DNA of 64,000 bases from Candidatus Saccharimonadota bacterium (GCA_013694995.1 JACDBH010000001.1:2145-66144), one strand, 5' to 3'; counted from the stretch's first letter, positions 1-7,883 are shown. Numbers and translations are program-made. Notes: generated by a model not told the origin, from the letters alone.

Positions 1-1817
1 TTTAACAATATCCAATGATCGGCTGGTGTTTCGGGTGTGGCTTTGTGGCGGCCATCGTAATTATCGCCTATTGTATCTTCCACGAAACGGGCTATATTCC
101 AGAGTTTATTACAGAAATTACGTGCGGCATCTATTTTGCTGGGATCGTAGGCGGCACTGAGTCCTGGACTGCGGCCCGAGATAATACCCATTCTGAGGGC
201 ATCTGAGCCGTGCGATGCAATCACCTGTTGTGGGTCTAAGACGTTGCCTAAACTCTTGCTCATTTTACGTCCGTCTTCACTTCTAACCATGCCGTGCAAG
301 TAGACGTTCTTAAAGGGCACAACACCTGTGACATACAAACCTAAAGCTATCATGCGGGCTACCCATTGGTACAGTATGTCGATACCCGTTTCCATCAAGT
401 CGTTCGGGTAAAAGCGTTTGAAGTCCGGGTTGTCAGGATAGTCCAACGTCACAAACGGCCAATGGCCGGAGCTGAACCATGTATCAAACACATCGGCATC
501 ACGCCGGTAAGTTTTGCCGTCAAGCTCGATAATCTCCTGGTTGGCTCGGTCATCGAATATCCAATCATCCGGATCCTCGGTGTTCTGAAAGGCGGGGATC
601 GGTATACCCCAGGCAATCTGTCGGCTAATGTTCCAGTCTTTGACAGTTTCAAGGTAGGTAATTGTCTGCTCTAATTTCTGGGTGGGATGAAAAGCAATTT
701 TATTGCGTTTCAACTCCTTGATAGCAGGAGCGGCCAGGCGCTTCATGTCTATGAACCATTGGTCCAGCAGCATTGGCTCGATGACCGTGCCGCACTTATA
801 GCAGACCCCTACCCTGTTGCGGTAATTTTCGTCAATTTTTTCAAGCAAGCCTTTGTCTTTTAGGGCTGCGGCAACTTTAATACGGGCTTCTGCGACCGGC
901 ATGCCTTCAAACTGCCCTGCCCTATGGTTCAACATCCCGTCGTGGTTAATAACGCGGATTGCTTCAAGGTTATGGCGCTGGGCGATCTCCCAGTCGTTAA
1001 AATCATGAGCCGGTGTTATTTTAACCGCCCCTGTTCCAAATGCCGGATCAACGTACTGATCAGCGACGACCCGGATTTCAAACGGCCCATTGAGCCCTTC
1101 GGCGGTGATAACTTTGCCAATAAATTCTTTGTAGCGTTTGTCATCAGGGTGGACTGCAACGGCAGTGTCTCCGAATTTAGTCTCCGGGCGGGTAGTGGCA
1201 AGAGTGAACGGGCCATATTTCAAGTAATAAAGCGGACTGGTACGTTCCTCGTAGCTAACTTCGATGTCGGCGAAGCCCGTACGGTGGAAAGTACAGTAAT
1301 TCACAAGACGTTCACCCCTGTAAATGAGCTTGTCCTCCCACATTTTCTTAAAAGTACCATATGTGGTTTTTACGACCTGTTCATCCAGGGTGAACATTGC
1401 CCTGCTCCAGTCAACGCTAGCCCCCATAGCTCGTACCTGTTTTTCCATATTTCCCCGGTTGGCTTGGACGAATTCATAAATTCGGGCATAAAGTTCATCA
1501 CGGGAGAAATCAAACCGACTCTTCCCTTCTTGGGTGAGTTGTTTCTCATACACTACCTGGGTTTCGAAGCCGGCATGGTCTGCACCCGGTAAAAACAGTG
1601 CTGACTTGCCTTGCATACGCTGATAGCGTACAGCTATGTCCTGCAAGGAGTTATTGAGTGCATGGCCGATATGAAGGTTGGCATTGGCGTTTGGGGGTGG
1701 CATGACAGTGACAAATGGCTCGCCGCCTTCTTTGGGTTTGAATGCCCCACTCTGCTCCCAGAGGTCATATATCATTGCTTCATACTCTTGAGGATCGTAG
1801 GTTTTTCCTAGTTTCAT
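1..1817 (-). CDS. valS: valyl-tRNA synthetase, N-terminal ~605 codons; 3' end lies beyond the left window edge
   Basis: Absent from the ORF track because no stop lies in-window. Manual translation from ATG 1817-1815 gives MKLGKTYDPQEYEAMIYDLWEQSGAF...VMPPPNANANLHIGHALN (class I HIGH motif) ... VPFKNVYLHGMVRSEDGRKMSKSLGNVLDP (KMSKS; Met codon 263-261). The frame stays open to position 1. Confidence 0.9.
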   Translation of the reverse strand, partial: MKLGKTYDPQEYEAMIYDLWEQSGAFKPKEGGEPFVTVMPPPNANANLHIGHALNNSLQDIAVRYQRMQGKSALFLPGADHAGFETQVVYEKQLTQEGKSRFDFSRDELYARIYEFVQANRGNMEKQVRAMGASVDWSRAMFTLDEQVVKTTYGTFKKMWEDKLIYRGERLVNYCTFHRTGFADIEVSYEERTSPLYYLKYGPFTLATTRPETKFGDTAVAVHPDDKRYKEFIGKVITAEGLNGPFEIRVVADQYVDPAFGTGAVKITPAHDFNDWEIAQRHNLEAIRVINHDGMLNHRAGQFEGMPVAEARIKVAAALKDKGLLEKIDENYRNRVGVCYKCGTVIEPMLLDQWFIDMKRLAAPAIKELKRNKIAFHPTQKLEQTITYLETVKDWNISRQIAWGIPIPAFQNTEDPDDWIFDDRANQEIIELDGKTYRRDADVFDTWFSSGHWPFVTLDYPDNPDFKRFYPNDLMETGIDILYQWVARMIALGLYVTGVVPFKNVYLHGMVRSEDGRKMSKSLGNVLDPQQVIASHGSDALRMGIISGRSPGLSAAYDPSKIDAARNFCNKLWNIARFVEDTIGDNYDGRHKATPETPADHWILL

Positions 1818-1936
1818 AAGGTATAGGTTACAAGGTATAGAGTAGCGTGTCCAGAGGTACGGGTCGTAGAGGTGAGGTGTTTTTACTATACCCCCACCCT
1901 ATATCCTACCCCCTGGATATAGTTCTTTCATATGAA

Positions 1937-1964
1937 AAAAGGCGCATTATACAACACGCCTTTT
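1937..1964 (-). terminator. weak candidate intrinsic terminator downstream of tsaD
   Basis: AAAAGGCG / CGCCTTTT 8-bp stem (only 4 GC pairs, 12-nt loop) followed by a T-run on the minus strand. Lies 157 nt past the tsaD stop. Confidence 0.3.
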
Positions 1965-2121
1965 CACACGAAAAGAGTACAGTTTTTGCTGTAATTGCTT
2001 TCCCCAAGGTACGACTCCTTACTAGGGAGCTGTTAAGTTTTTGTTTTCCATGCAAGCATAAACCTTTTGCGAAATCGTCGCAACATTGACAATAGTAACA
2101 AATAGTTATCAAGAAACTTTA

Positions 2122-3267
2122 CTACATTGAAAGGCTAGGGGCTATTTCTAAGCTGTAAGGGTCGGCGGCGGGTTGGCCGAGCTTCATCTTAAATGCGCCT
2201 AAGGTGGCAATCATGGCGCCGTTATCAGTGCAAAGCTTGGGGTCGGCATATTTTATTTCTATCGGTAATCGTTCAGATAGTTGCTTCCGCAGCTCCGGGC
2301 TGGCGGCAACACCGCCGGCAATGACGACCGAGGCAGGGGAGAACTCTTCATAAGCCTGAATGGCTTTATCGACCACAGTTTCGATTGCAACGCGTTGGAA
2401 AACAGCGGCTATATCGGCTTTCTGAGCTTCAGAGAGGGCCTCAGGCAGGTTTTTGGACGGAAATGTGAAGTCTTGCCCTATTAAGCTTTGGGCTTGCCTG
2501 AGGGCAGCTGTTTTGAGACCAGAAAACGAAAAGTCATATTTGCCGTTCATCTTTGCCTTCGGTAAAGAAAAAGCCACCGGATTACCCTCGAGCGCCTTTA
2601 ATCCCACAGATGGGCCACCGGGGTAGGGGAGCCCAATCATTTTGGCAACTTTATCAAAGGCTTCACCGATAGCATCATCTTGGGTCTGGCCCAGCAATAA
2701 GTAATCAAAATGATCCTTAAACAGGGCAAGTTGGCTGTGTCCACCACTGACAATCAGCGCCAAAGCTGGAAATACCGGCTGGGCCGTCGGAACCGAATAG
2801 CTTGCGGAGGTCTGACCTTCGCAAGAAGGGGAAATAGAGGTGATGAAGTTGGAATAAACGTGAGCTTCCACATGATTAATTGCATATAGCGGCTTACTTT
2901 TGGCGATCGCAAGGGTACGGGCGGTCATGACTCCTACAAGTAGCGAACCCCCCAAGCCTGCCCCATAGGTCACTGCAATCCCATCAATATTAGACCATAA
3001 TTCCTCACTTTCCGAGGTCCGTCCTCGGAAAGTTAAGGGAGAGAGGGAAGTTTTCAGAACTTCGTCGATCACGGGTATAATACTTTCGATATGGCTACGG
3101 GCGGCAATTTCCGGCACAACTCCTCCGTACTGGGCATGCAGGTCCATGCTTGACGCAACTACATTGCCAAGCAAAGTGCAGTTTAATCTGTCGTCTATCT
3201 CGACGACAGCTGCAGCAGTCTCGTCGCAGCTAGTTTCTATACCTAAAACCCGTAGCCGTTTATTCAT
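2122..3267 (-). CDS. tsaD: tRNA N6-adenosine threonylcarbamoyltransferase (Kae1/Gcp family)
   Basis: 381 aa with LGIETSCDETAAAVV N-terminus, VSGGHSQL and LCTDNGAMIA motifs. About 40 aa longer than E. coli/B. subtilis TsaD because of internal insertions. Confidence 0.92.
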   Translation of the reverse strand: MNKRLRVLGIETSCDETAAAVVEIDDRLNCTLLGNVVASSMDLHAQYGGVVPEIAARSHIESIIPVIDEVLKTSLSPLTFRGRTSESEELWSNIDGIAVTYGAGLGGSLLVGVMTARTLAIAKSKPLYAINHVEAHVYSNFITSISPSCEGQTSASYSVPTAQPVFPALALIVSGGHSQLALFKDHFDYLLLGQTQDDAIGEAFDKVAKMIGLPYPGGPSVGLKALEGNPVAFSLPKAKMNGKYDFSFSGLKTAALRQAQSLIGQDFTFPSKNLPEALSEAQKADIAAVFQRVAIETVVDKAIQAYEEFSPASVVIAGGVAASPELRKQLSERLPIEIKYADPKLCTDNGAMIATLGAFKMKLGQPAADPYSLEIAPSLSM

Positions 3268-3289
3268 CCGTTACAGTATACTTTAGTCA

Positions 3290-4591
3290 ATGGGTTTCAG
3301 AACGGTAGTCAAAAAGTTTATACCTAAAAGGCTCTTTCGAAAAATTGAGCCCTACGGCCATCTATTGGAAGCTTTCTTATTTCATACTTTAAGCGGATTT
3401 CCGGCACGTAATTTCAAAATAATCGGTGTGACTGGTACTAATGGCAAAACGACCACCAGTTTTATGATTCACCGCATGCTACATGAGGCTGGCTTCAACG
3501 TAGGTCTTATGAGCACCGTAGCTTACGGAGTTGGGGAGGATATCCGGCCGCAAATTCACCACATGACCAACGTCACCGTACCTGAGCTAGTCCAACGCTT
3601 AAAATGGATGAAACGCCAAAAAATTGACTGGCTGGTTCTGGAAACTACAAGCCATGCATTGGCTCAGAACCGCGTCTGGGGGGTACCGTATTCTATTGCT
3701 GTTATGACCAATGTTACACACGAACACCTCGATCAGCACGGTACCTTCGAACGATACCGCGACGCTAAACGTAAGCTATTTTGGATTACCGATTTCAATA
3801 AAAAAGGTAAACGGGTAGGTATAATCAACGCCGACGACCCCAGTGCCGAGCTATTTATTAGCGATATAAACCGTCCGATCACTTACGGTATAGAGGAAGG
3901 CGATCTCAAGGCCCAGAACGTGAAGCTTACCCCGGGCGGTTCGCGGTATCAGGCGGTATTTAAGGATCGGGAGCTAAGGGTCGAATGCCATATTCCTGGC
4001 AGTTTTAACGTTTATAACTCTTTGGCAGCAGCAGCAGTTGGGGGCGTTATAGGACTTGGCAAAGAGGAAATCGAACGGGGCATTGCCGCGCTCAGGCGTG
4101 TAGAGGGGCGGATGGATCCGGTCGATGAGGGCCAGGATTTCAGCGTTATTGTTGATTTTGCCCATACGCCGGACAGTTTCGAAAAGTTATTTAAAGACCT
4201 GCGTCCTGTAGTTAAATGCAAGTTAATCGTCTTGTTTGGCTCTGCGGGCAGGCGTGATGAGGCCAAGCGCGCGATCCAGGGCAAATTAGCGGGAGAGTAC
4301 GCAGATGAGGTTATTATCACCGAAGAGGACGACCGCGATATCGATGGAGTAGAAATTATGAACATGATTGCCAGTGGGGCTGAGGCAGCAGGGAAGGACA
4401 GAGATAAAAATCTGTTCTTAGTGCACGACCGTACTGAGGCTATCAATTTTGCCATGAGCCGGGCAAAGCGGGGCGACACTGTGCTGCTGCTTGGAAAAGG
4501 GCACGAGAAGACGATTGAACGTGCTGATGGTGAGCATGATTGGGACGAAATTGCCACCGCTCGCGAAGCATTGCAAAAACTCAAAAAATAG
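3290..4591 (+). CDS. Mur ligase family protein, MurE-like (UDP-MurNAc-tripeptide synthetase) with a truncated N-terminal domain
   Basis: 433 aa. P-loop IIGVTGTNGKTTT, central TNVTHEHLDQHGT and C-terminal DFAHTPDSFEKLF...FGSAGRRDEAKR align with MurE. Only ~45 aa precede the P-loop. The DNPR (DAP-specifying) position reads EEDDRD. Confidence 0.65.
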   Translation: MGFRTVVKKFIPKRLFRKIEPYGHLLEAFLFHTLSGFPARNFKIIGVTGTNGKTTTSFMIHRMLHEAGFNVGLMSTVAYGVGEDIRPQIHHMTNVTVPELVQRLKWMKRQKIDWLVLETTSHALAQNRVWGVPYSIAVMTNVTHEHLDQHGTFERYRDAKRKLFWITDFNKKGKRVGIINADDPSAELFISDINRPITYGIEEGDLKAQNVKLTPGGSRYQAVFKDRELRVECHIPGSFNVYNSLAAAAVGGVIGLGKEEIERGIAALRRVEGRMDPVDEGQDFSVIVDFAHTPDSFEKLFKDLRPVVKCKLIVLFGSAGRRDEAKRAIQGKLAGEYADEVIITEEDDRDIDGVEIMNMIASGAEAAGKDRDKNLFLVHDRTEAINFAMSRAKRGDTVLLLGKGHEKTIERADGEHDWDEIATAREALQKLKK

Positions 4592-4609
4592 GACATAATT
4601 AAATTAACT

Positions 4610-4894
4610 ATGGCGGAGCAACCAGTCTTTATAGAGCAGAGGTTTATTGTAAAACTTTATAATGGACTTGCTGATGAACTGAATACAGAGAAAGAGCATC
4701 TCCGAAGGCACAAGGGTGATCGAGATGAAGAGGATTATGGCAGCGACCCATTATTTAACTATGTCCAAGGCAAAGTAATAGGGCTCGGAATAGGTGTTAA
4801 CGCTCTGCGTGCCTTTCTAGAAGCACAGAGCGCTGACAGCCGAGGTCTACTTACCGCAGAAGCGGCTGGTAAAATTCCAAACTCCACAGAATAA
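4610..4894 (+). CDS. hypothetical protein (94 aa)
   Basis: ORF only, 18 nt after the murE-like stop; no recognisable motif. Confidence 0.4.
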   Translation: MAEQPVFIEQRFIVKLYNGLADELNTEKEHLRRHKGDRDEEDYGSDPLFNYVQGKVIGLGIGVNALRAFLEAQSADSRGLLTAEAAGKIPNSTE

Positions 4895-4896
4895 TA

Positions 4897-4925
4897 TTGA
4901 CAAATATAGTAAATATTGCTAGAAT
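4897..4925 (+). promoter_or_regulatory. sigma70-type promoter TTGACA-17-TAGAAT
   Basis: TTGACA 4897-4902, 17-nt spacer, TAGAAT 4920-4925; 42 nt upstream of ATG 4968. Confidence 0.6.
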
Positions 4926-4967
4926 AGTACTGTTAATAACAAATAAAACAAAAAAGGTTCAAGCAAA

Positions 4968-5231
4968 ATGGAAAACAAGCCAGCAGCACAGGTAGACATT
5001 GATGAGCTTCGTGCGCAAGCTACCACACCAGAAGACCATGTCTACCTTAACGCTGAGCAAACTCGCTTAGACGAAGAGCGTAAGGCTACTCTTGGTGGTG
5101 CCACGGTTGACGCAGCCAAATTAATTGAGTTATCTGACGGCTCAATAGCAACCGAACAAGAAGTTGTCGCATCACGTGAACGTGGTGAAGAGCCAAGCGG
5201 TACCTACGGTAACGGTCACGGTCGGGCATAA
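4968..5231 (+). CDS. hypothetical protein (87 aa)
   Basis: ORF preceded by a canonical promoter and followed by a strong hairpin terminator; no recognisable domain. Confidence 0.5.
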   Translation: MENKPAAQVDIDELRAQATTPEDHVYLNAEQTRLDEERKATLGGATVDAAKLIELSDGSIATEQEVVASRERGEEPSGTYGNGHGRA

Positions 5232-5242
5232 ATTTCTACCAA

Positions 5243-5275
5243 TCAAAAGCCGCCCGTTTACTAGGCGGCTTTTGA
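5243..5275. terminator. bidirectional hairpin terminator between convergent genes
   Basis: 12-bp perfect stem TCAAAAGCCGCC / GGCGGCTTTTGA with a 9-nt loop, A/T runs on both flanks. Lies between the 4968-5231 (+) and 5288-6232 (-) stops. Confidence 0.7.
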
Positions 5276-5287
5276 TTTGTTGTAAAT

Positions 5288-6232
5288 CTATAGCTTATTG
5301 GCGGCCATGTAGCCGGTGTACCAGCTGTAATTACTGCCAAAAAACTTGGCAATAAGTTCGATGCCCAGCTCGGCGGTCTTTTTGTTCTCATCTTGCAGCG
5401 GGTTGTACTCTACGACATCGATGCCGACGACATTACACTTCATACCGATATATTCGGCAATGGCGGCAATTTCTCGGTAGGAAAGACCGCCGGGGTTCGG
5501 CATGCCGGCACCGGGCGCGTAGACACGGTCAATAACATCAAGATCCAGGCTGACCCAGGTGTGGCTGACTTTGTTTGCAAGAGCGTCGATCATATCCAGC
5601 AGCGGCCGCATGCCGTCGCAAAGCAGGTCTACGAGTTTGAAGTGGGGCAGTTTCTCGCGTTCCATGAGGTCGATTTCTGGCTGGTCTAGATCGCTGCCAC
5701 CAATGTGCAGCAGATGCTCTTTGGCAATTTTAGCGCCTTCATGATGGACATTAATTAGACGCTCGTCACCAAAGCCAAGCAGAGAGGCAAGGTGCATGCC
5801 GTGTATATTGCCAGTTTGGGTAGTGTCGGCAGTGTTCATGTCACCGTGGGCATCAAGATAAATCAATCCTAAGTCACCGTTAAGGGCAGCCGATGCGCCA
5901 GCAACGACCCCTAGGTTAATAGAGTGGTCGCCGCCAATGGCAATGACGTGTTCCTGACGGCCTATAATTTCATTTGTAAGTTTGGCGGTTTCTTCGGACA
6001 CGCGGACAATTTCTTCAAGGTAGCGGAGACGGTCATCACCTGGTTCAAGCTCGGAGCGGTCGCGGCTCTTGATATCGCCGTAATCTTTAACTTCTAGCCC
6101 CGCGGAGCTTAACTTATCAATTATGCCCTGGTGGCGAAAAGCGTCTGGGCCAATGTCGACGCCAAGGTTCTTTGCCCCCAAGTCCAGAGGAATTCCAATC
6201 AGGGTTGCCGCACTTGTTGGCCATTTTTTCAT
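5288..6232 (-). CDS. rocF: arginase (ureohydrolase family)
   Basis: 314 aa. Mn-binding motifs GGDHSI, YLDAHGDMNT and SLDLDVID..APGAGMPNPGGLSYRE; GNIHGMHLASLLGFG matches Bacillus-type arginases. Confidence 0.8.
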   Translation of the reverse strand: MKKWPTSAATLIGIPLDLGAKNLGVDIGPDAFRHQGIIDKLSSAGLEVKDYGDIKSRDRSELEPGDDRLRYLEEIVRVSEETAKLTNEIIGRQEHVIAIGGDHSINLGVVAGASAALNGDLGLIYLDAHGDMNTADTTQTGNIHGMHLASLLGFGDERLINVHHEGAKIAKEHLLHIGGSDLDQPEIDLMEREKLPHFKLVDLLCDGMRPLLDMIDALANKVSHTWVSLDLDVIDRVYAPGAGMPNPGGLSYREIAAIAEYIGMKCNVVGIDVVEYNPLQDENKKTAELGIELIAKFFGSNYSWYTGYMAANKL

Positions 6233-6358
6233 TCCTTAAATTGTAGCATGAGGTTTAAAAGTTCGGGGGTATAGTAATTGCAAAAAAACTGACATACATG
6301 TAGGGCAAAAGTCATTAGCATTATCAGTTTAGAAAATATCGTCCTAAACATTATCTAG

Positions 6359-6387
6359 TTGCTTTAATATCAAGTATATGCTATGAT
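6359..6387 (+). promoter_or_regulatory. sigma70-type promoter TTGCTT-17-TATGAT
   Basis: TTGCTT 6359-6364, 17-nt spacer, TATGAT 6382-6387. ATG 6397 is only 9 nt past the -10, so the leader is very short or absent. Confidence 0.55.
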
Positions 6388-6396
6388 ATAAGAGTT

Positions 6397-6690
6397 ATGC
6401 CAAAACAAACAACAGAACAACTTGGAAATTACGCATTCTTTCGTCAGCAAGGTGAATTGCCTCCACCCGACGACATGCACGACGGTAGTATTGGCTTCCA
6501 TAACAAAGGTTTGCATGATGAGTCTGATGTCCCACATACAAAAATTGAACATGATCTTACGCAGTATGGTGACGTACATATAGTCGACGAAGCAGCGATT
6601 TTAAGTGGTGGCATCAGGCACAATCGCCGCCGTGCCAACCCAGAAGCTGACGCCGATGCTTGGATGGCAAAGAACGGCCATACCTGGTAA
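6397..6690 (+). CDS. hypothetical protein (97 aa)
   Basis: ORF with its own promoter; no recognisable domain. Confidence 0.5.
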   Translation: MPKQTTEQLGNYAFFRQQGELPPPDDMHDGSIGFHNKGLHDESDVPHTKIEHDLTQYGDVHIVDEAAILSGGIRHNRRRANPEADADAWMAKNGHTW

Positions 6691-6743
6691 TAACAATCGT
6701 TATCACTTTACCATCTGTAAAAAATATGTTAAAGTATTAAATA

Positions 6744-7118
6744 ATGGAGTATCGGCCTTATTTCCTCAGCCTAGAAGAAACCTACTCAGAGCAGCCGTAT
6801 CCTGACATAGGCGGCTTTTTCGGTATTCACTTCGAAACCTTATTTGATGAAAACGAGGATGGGAATGGTGATTTGCAGAACCTTGCTACTGGGAAGCCAT
6901 ATGATAATTCTACCTATGATGGACTGGAGGAACTCGACGATATTGATGACAGCTATCTGGCGGCCTCTTATTATTTTTTGCCGCATGAGGAGAATGATGA
7001 AGCCGATGACTGGCTGGAGCAGGCCGAACTCGAGCGGGACCTAACTCAGTTAAATGGGCAAGGCGAAGACGAATTGCACTATGACCCTAATGAAGAGCAC
7101 ATAAAGACGCCAAGCTAA
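6744..7118 (+). CDS. hypothetical, strongly acidic protein (124 aa)
   Basis: 35 Asp/Glu against 4 Lys/Arg by my count; no recognisable domain. Confidence 0.5.
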   Translation: MEYRPYFLSLEETYSEQPYPDIGGFFGIHFETLFDENEDGNGDLQNLATGKPYDNSTYDGLEELDDIDDSYLAASYYFLPHEENDEADDWLEQAELERDLTQLNGQGEDELHYDPNEEHIKTPS

Positions 7119-7132
7119 TAGACCTCATAGGC

Positions 7133-7162
7133 AAACAATAAAAAACCGCCTTATTTGGCGGG
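7133..7162 (-). terminator. intrinsic terminator (minus strand) after repeat copy 1
   Basis: CCGCC (7146-7150) / GGCGG (7157-7161) stem with a 6-nt loop, followed on the minus strand by TTTTTTATTGTTT. Confidence 0.65.
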
Positions 7163-7183
7163 CCGAACGTAAGTGGGGTAAAT

Positions 7184-7289
7184 GCGGGCTTGGTTTTTAT
7201 AGATATTGGAGTAATGGGGTGGGGGTGTATCGCAAACGCTAAAGCGCCTGCAAACGATTACTACGACAATAACTTTTTAAACCAAGCCC
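7184..7289 (-). repeat. 106-bp structured repeat, copy 1 (candidate 3'UTR sRNA / MITE-like element)
   Basis: Identical at all 106 positions to 7778-7883. 11-bp terminal inverted repeats GGGCTTGGTTT / AAACCAAGCCC. Lies between the stop of ORF 7350-7679 and a minus-strand terminator. Confidence 0.85.
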
Positions 7290-7349
7290 TAGTGCCCAGC
7301 AGGGTAGTGGACGCCATTGTCCATCTATGCCTGCCGGGCCTAAAGGTTC

Positions 7350-7679
7350 CTACTTCTTCATGCTTGCCAGCCAGCCTTGGATGGCGCGACGGATATCGTC
7401 ACCGTATTTTGCCAGGCGTCCTTGTGTACTGCGGCTGTTCGGGTCCATGCCTCCAAAGGAGACATAGAAGCTGGCTGCTTCACCACTCGGCGTGCAGGTG
7501 CACAGGTAAACATTTGATACGTGCTTGCACACTTTTGAAAGTGCCGACCCCAAGTTCTTGGCATCTGACTCACCGATAGGTTGTACGGTGCGAAAGTATT
7601 GCCGCGGACTTGGATTGACTGTCCCCAAGGGGCTCATCACCGTAGTGACGAACGTGATACCCTTTGTCATTGTTTGCAT
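7350..7679 (-). CDS. hypothetical protein (109 aa)
   Basis: ATG 7679 preceded by GGGAG 8 nt upstream and an extended -10; no recognisable domain. Confidence 0.55.
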   Translation of the reverse strand: MQTMTKGITFVTTVMSPLGTVNPSPRQYFRTVQPIGESDAKNLGSALSKVCKHVSNVYLCTCTPSGEAASFYVSFGGMDPNSRSTQGRLAKYGDDIRRAIQGWLASMKK

Positions 7680-7718
7680 TACGCTTACTCCCTTCGATAG
7701 GGTGGTAGGAATGAAACG

Positions 7719-7727
7719 ATTATAGCA
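7719..7727 (-). promoter_or_regulatory. extended -10 promoter element TGcTATAAT (minus strand)
   Basis: Minus-strand TGCTATAAT immediately after the upstream terminator T-run and ~40 nt upstream of ATG 7679. No good -35. Confidence 0.4.
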
Positions 7728-7728
7728 T

Positions 7729-7750
7729 AAAAAAACCGCCTCTACGCGGT
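7729..7750 (-). terminator. intrinsic terminator (minus strand) after repeat copy 2
   Basis: ACCGC / GCGGT stem (7735-7739 / 7746-7750) with a 6-nt loop, followed on the minus strand by a run of 7 T (one in the stem). Confidence 0.55.
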
Positions 7751-7777
7751 ATAGGGGGAGCTCAAAATGGGATGGGG

Positions 7778-7883
7778 GCGGGCTTGGTTTTTATAGATAT
7801 TGGAGTAATGGGGTGGGGGTGTATCGCAAACGCTAAAGCGCCTGCAAACGATTACTACGACAATAACTTTTTAAACCAAGCCC
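7778..7883 (-). repeat. 106-bp structured repeat, copy 2
   Basis: 100% identical to 7184-7289 (offset 594 bp); flanks diverge at both ends. Lies between the stop of ORF 7950-8435 and a minus-strand terminator. Confidence 0.85.

Noticed and set aside
250-310. Apparent frameshift in valS just upstream of the KMSKS motif.
   Set aside because: It was caused by my own one-base mis-registration of the 241-300 line. Re-reading gives AAC GTC TAC TTG CAC GGC ATG in a single open frame, consistent with the ORF track showing no terminated minus-strand ORF here.
366-1811. Plus-strand ORFs 366-674, 924-1592 and 1611-1811, and minus-strand ORFs 449-652 and 1016-1216.
   Set aside because: They all lie inside or antisense to the clearly homologous valS reading frame and have no recognisable motifs. 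They are shadow ORFs.
1818-2121. Possible T-box riboswitch leader for valS (GGGTGG-containing segment upstream of an aminoacyl-tRNA synthetase gene).
   Set aside because: The conserved T-box core (GGGUGGNACCGCG), the Stem I specifier/K-turn features and a terminator/antiterminator pair are not present. Only a G-run resembles the motif.
4012-4596. Long antisense ORFs inside well-supported genes: 4012-4596, 11938-12504, 25944-26462, 56417-57109 and 58493-59269.
   Set aside because: Each is fully antisense to a gene with unambiguous family motifs (MurE-like, GroEL, MscL region, PNPase, RNase J). Each has the Ser/Arg/Leu-rich composition typical of shadow frames.
7184-7883. The two 106-bp repeats as a CRISPR array or as the template/variable repeats of a diversity-generating retroelement.
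   Set aside because: There are only two copies with a 488-bp gene-containing spacer, and no cas genes. The copies are 100% identical with no adenine-specific differences. No reverse transcriptase is present, and neither copy lies inside a target ORF.
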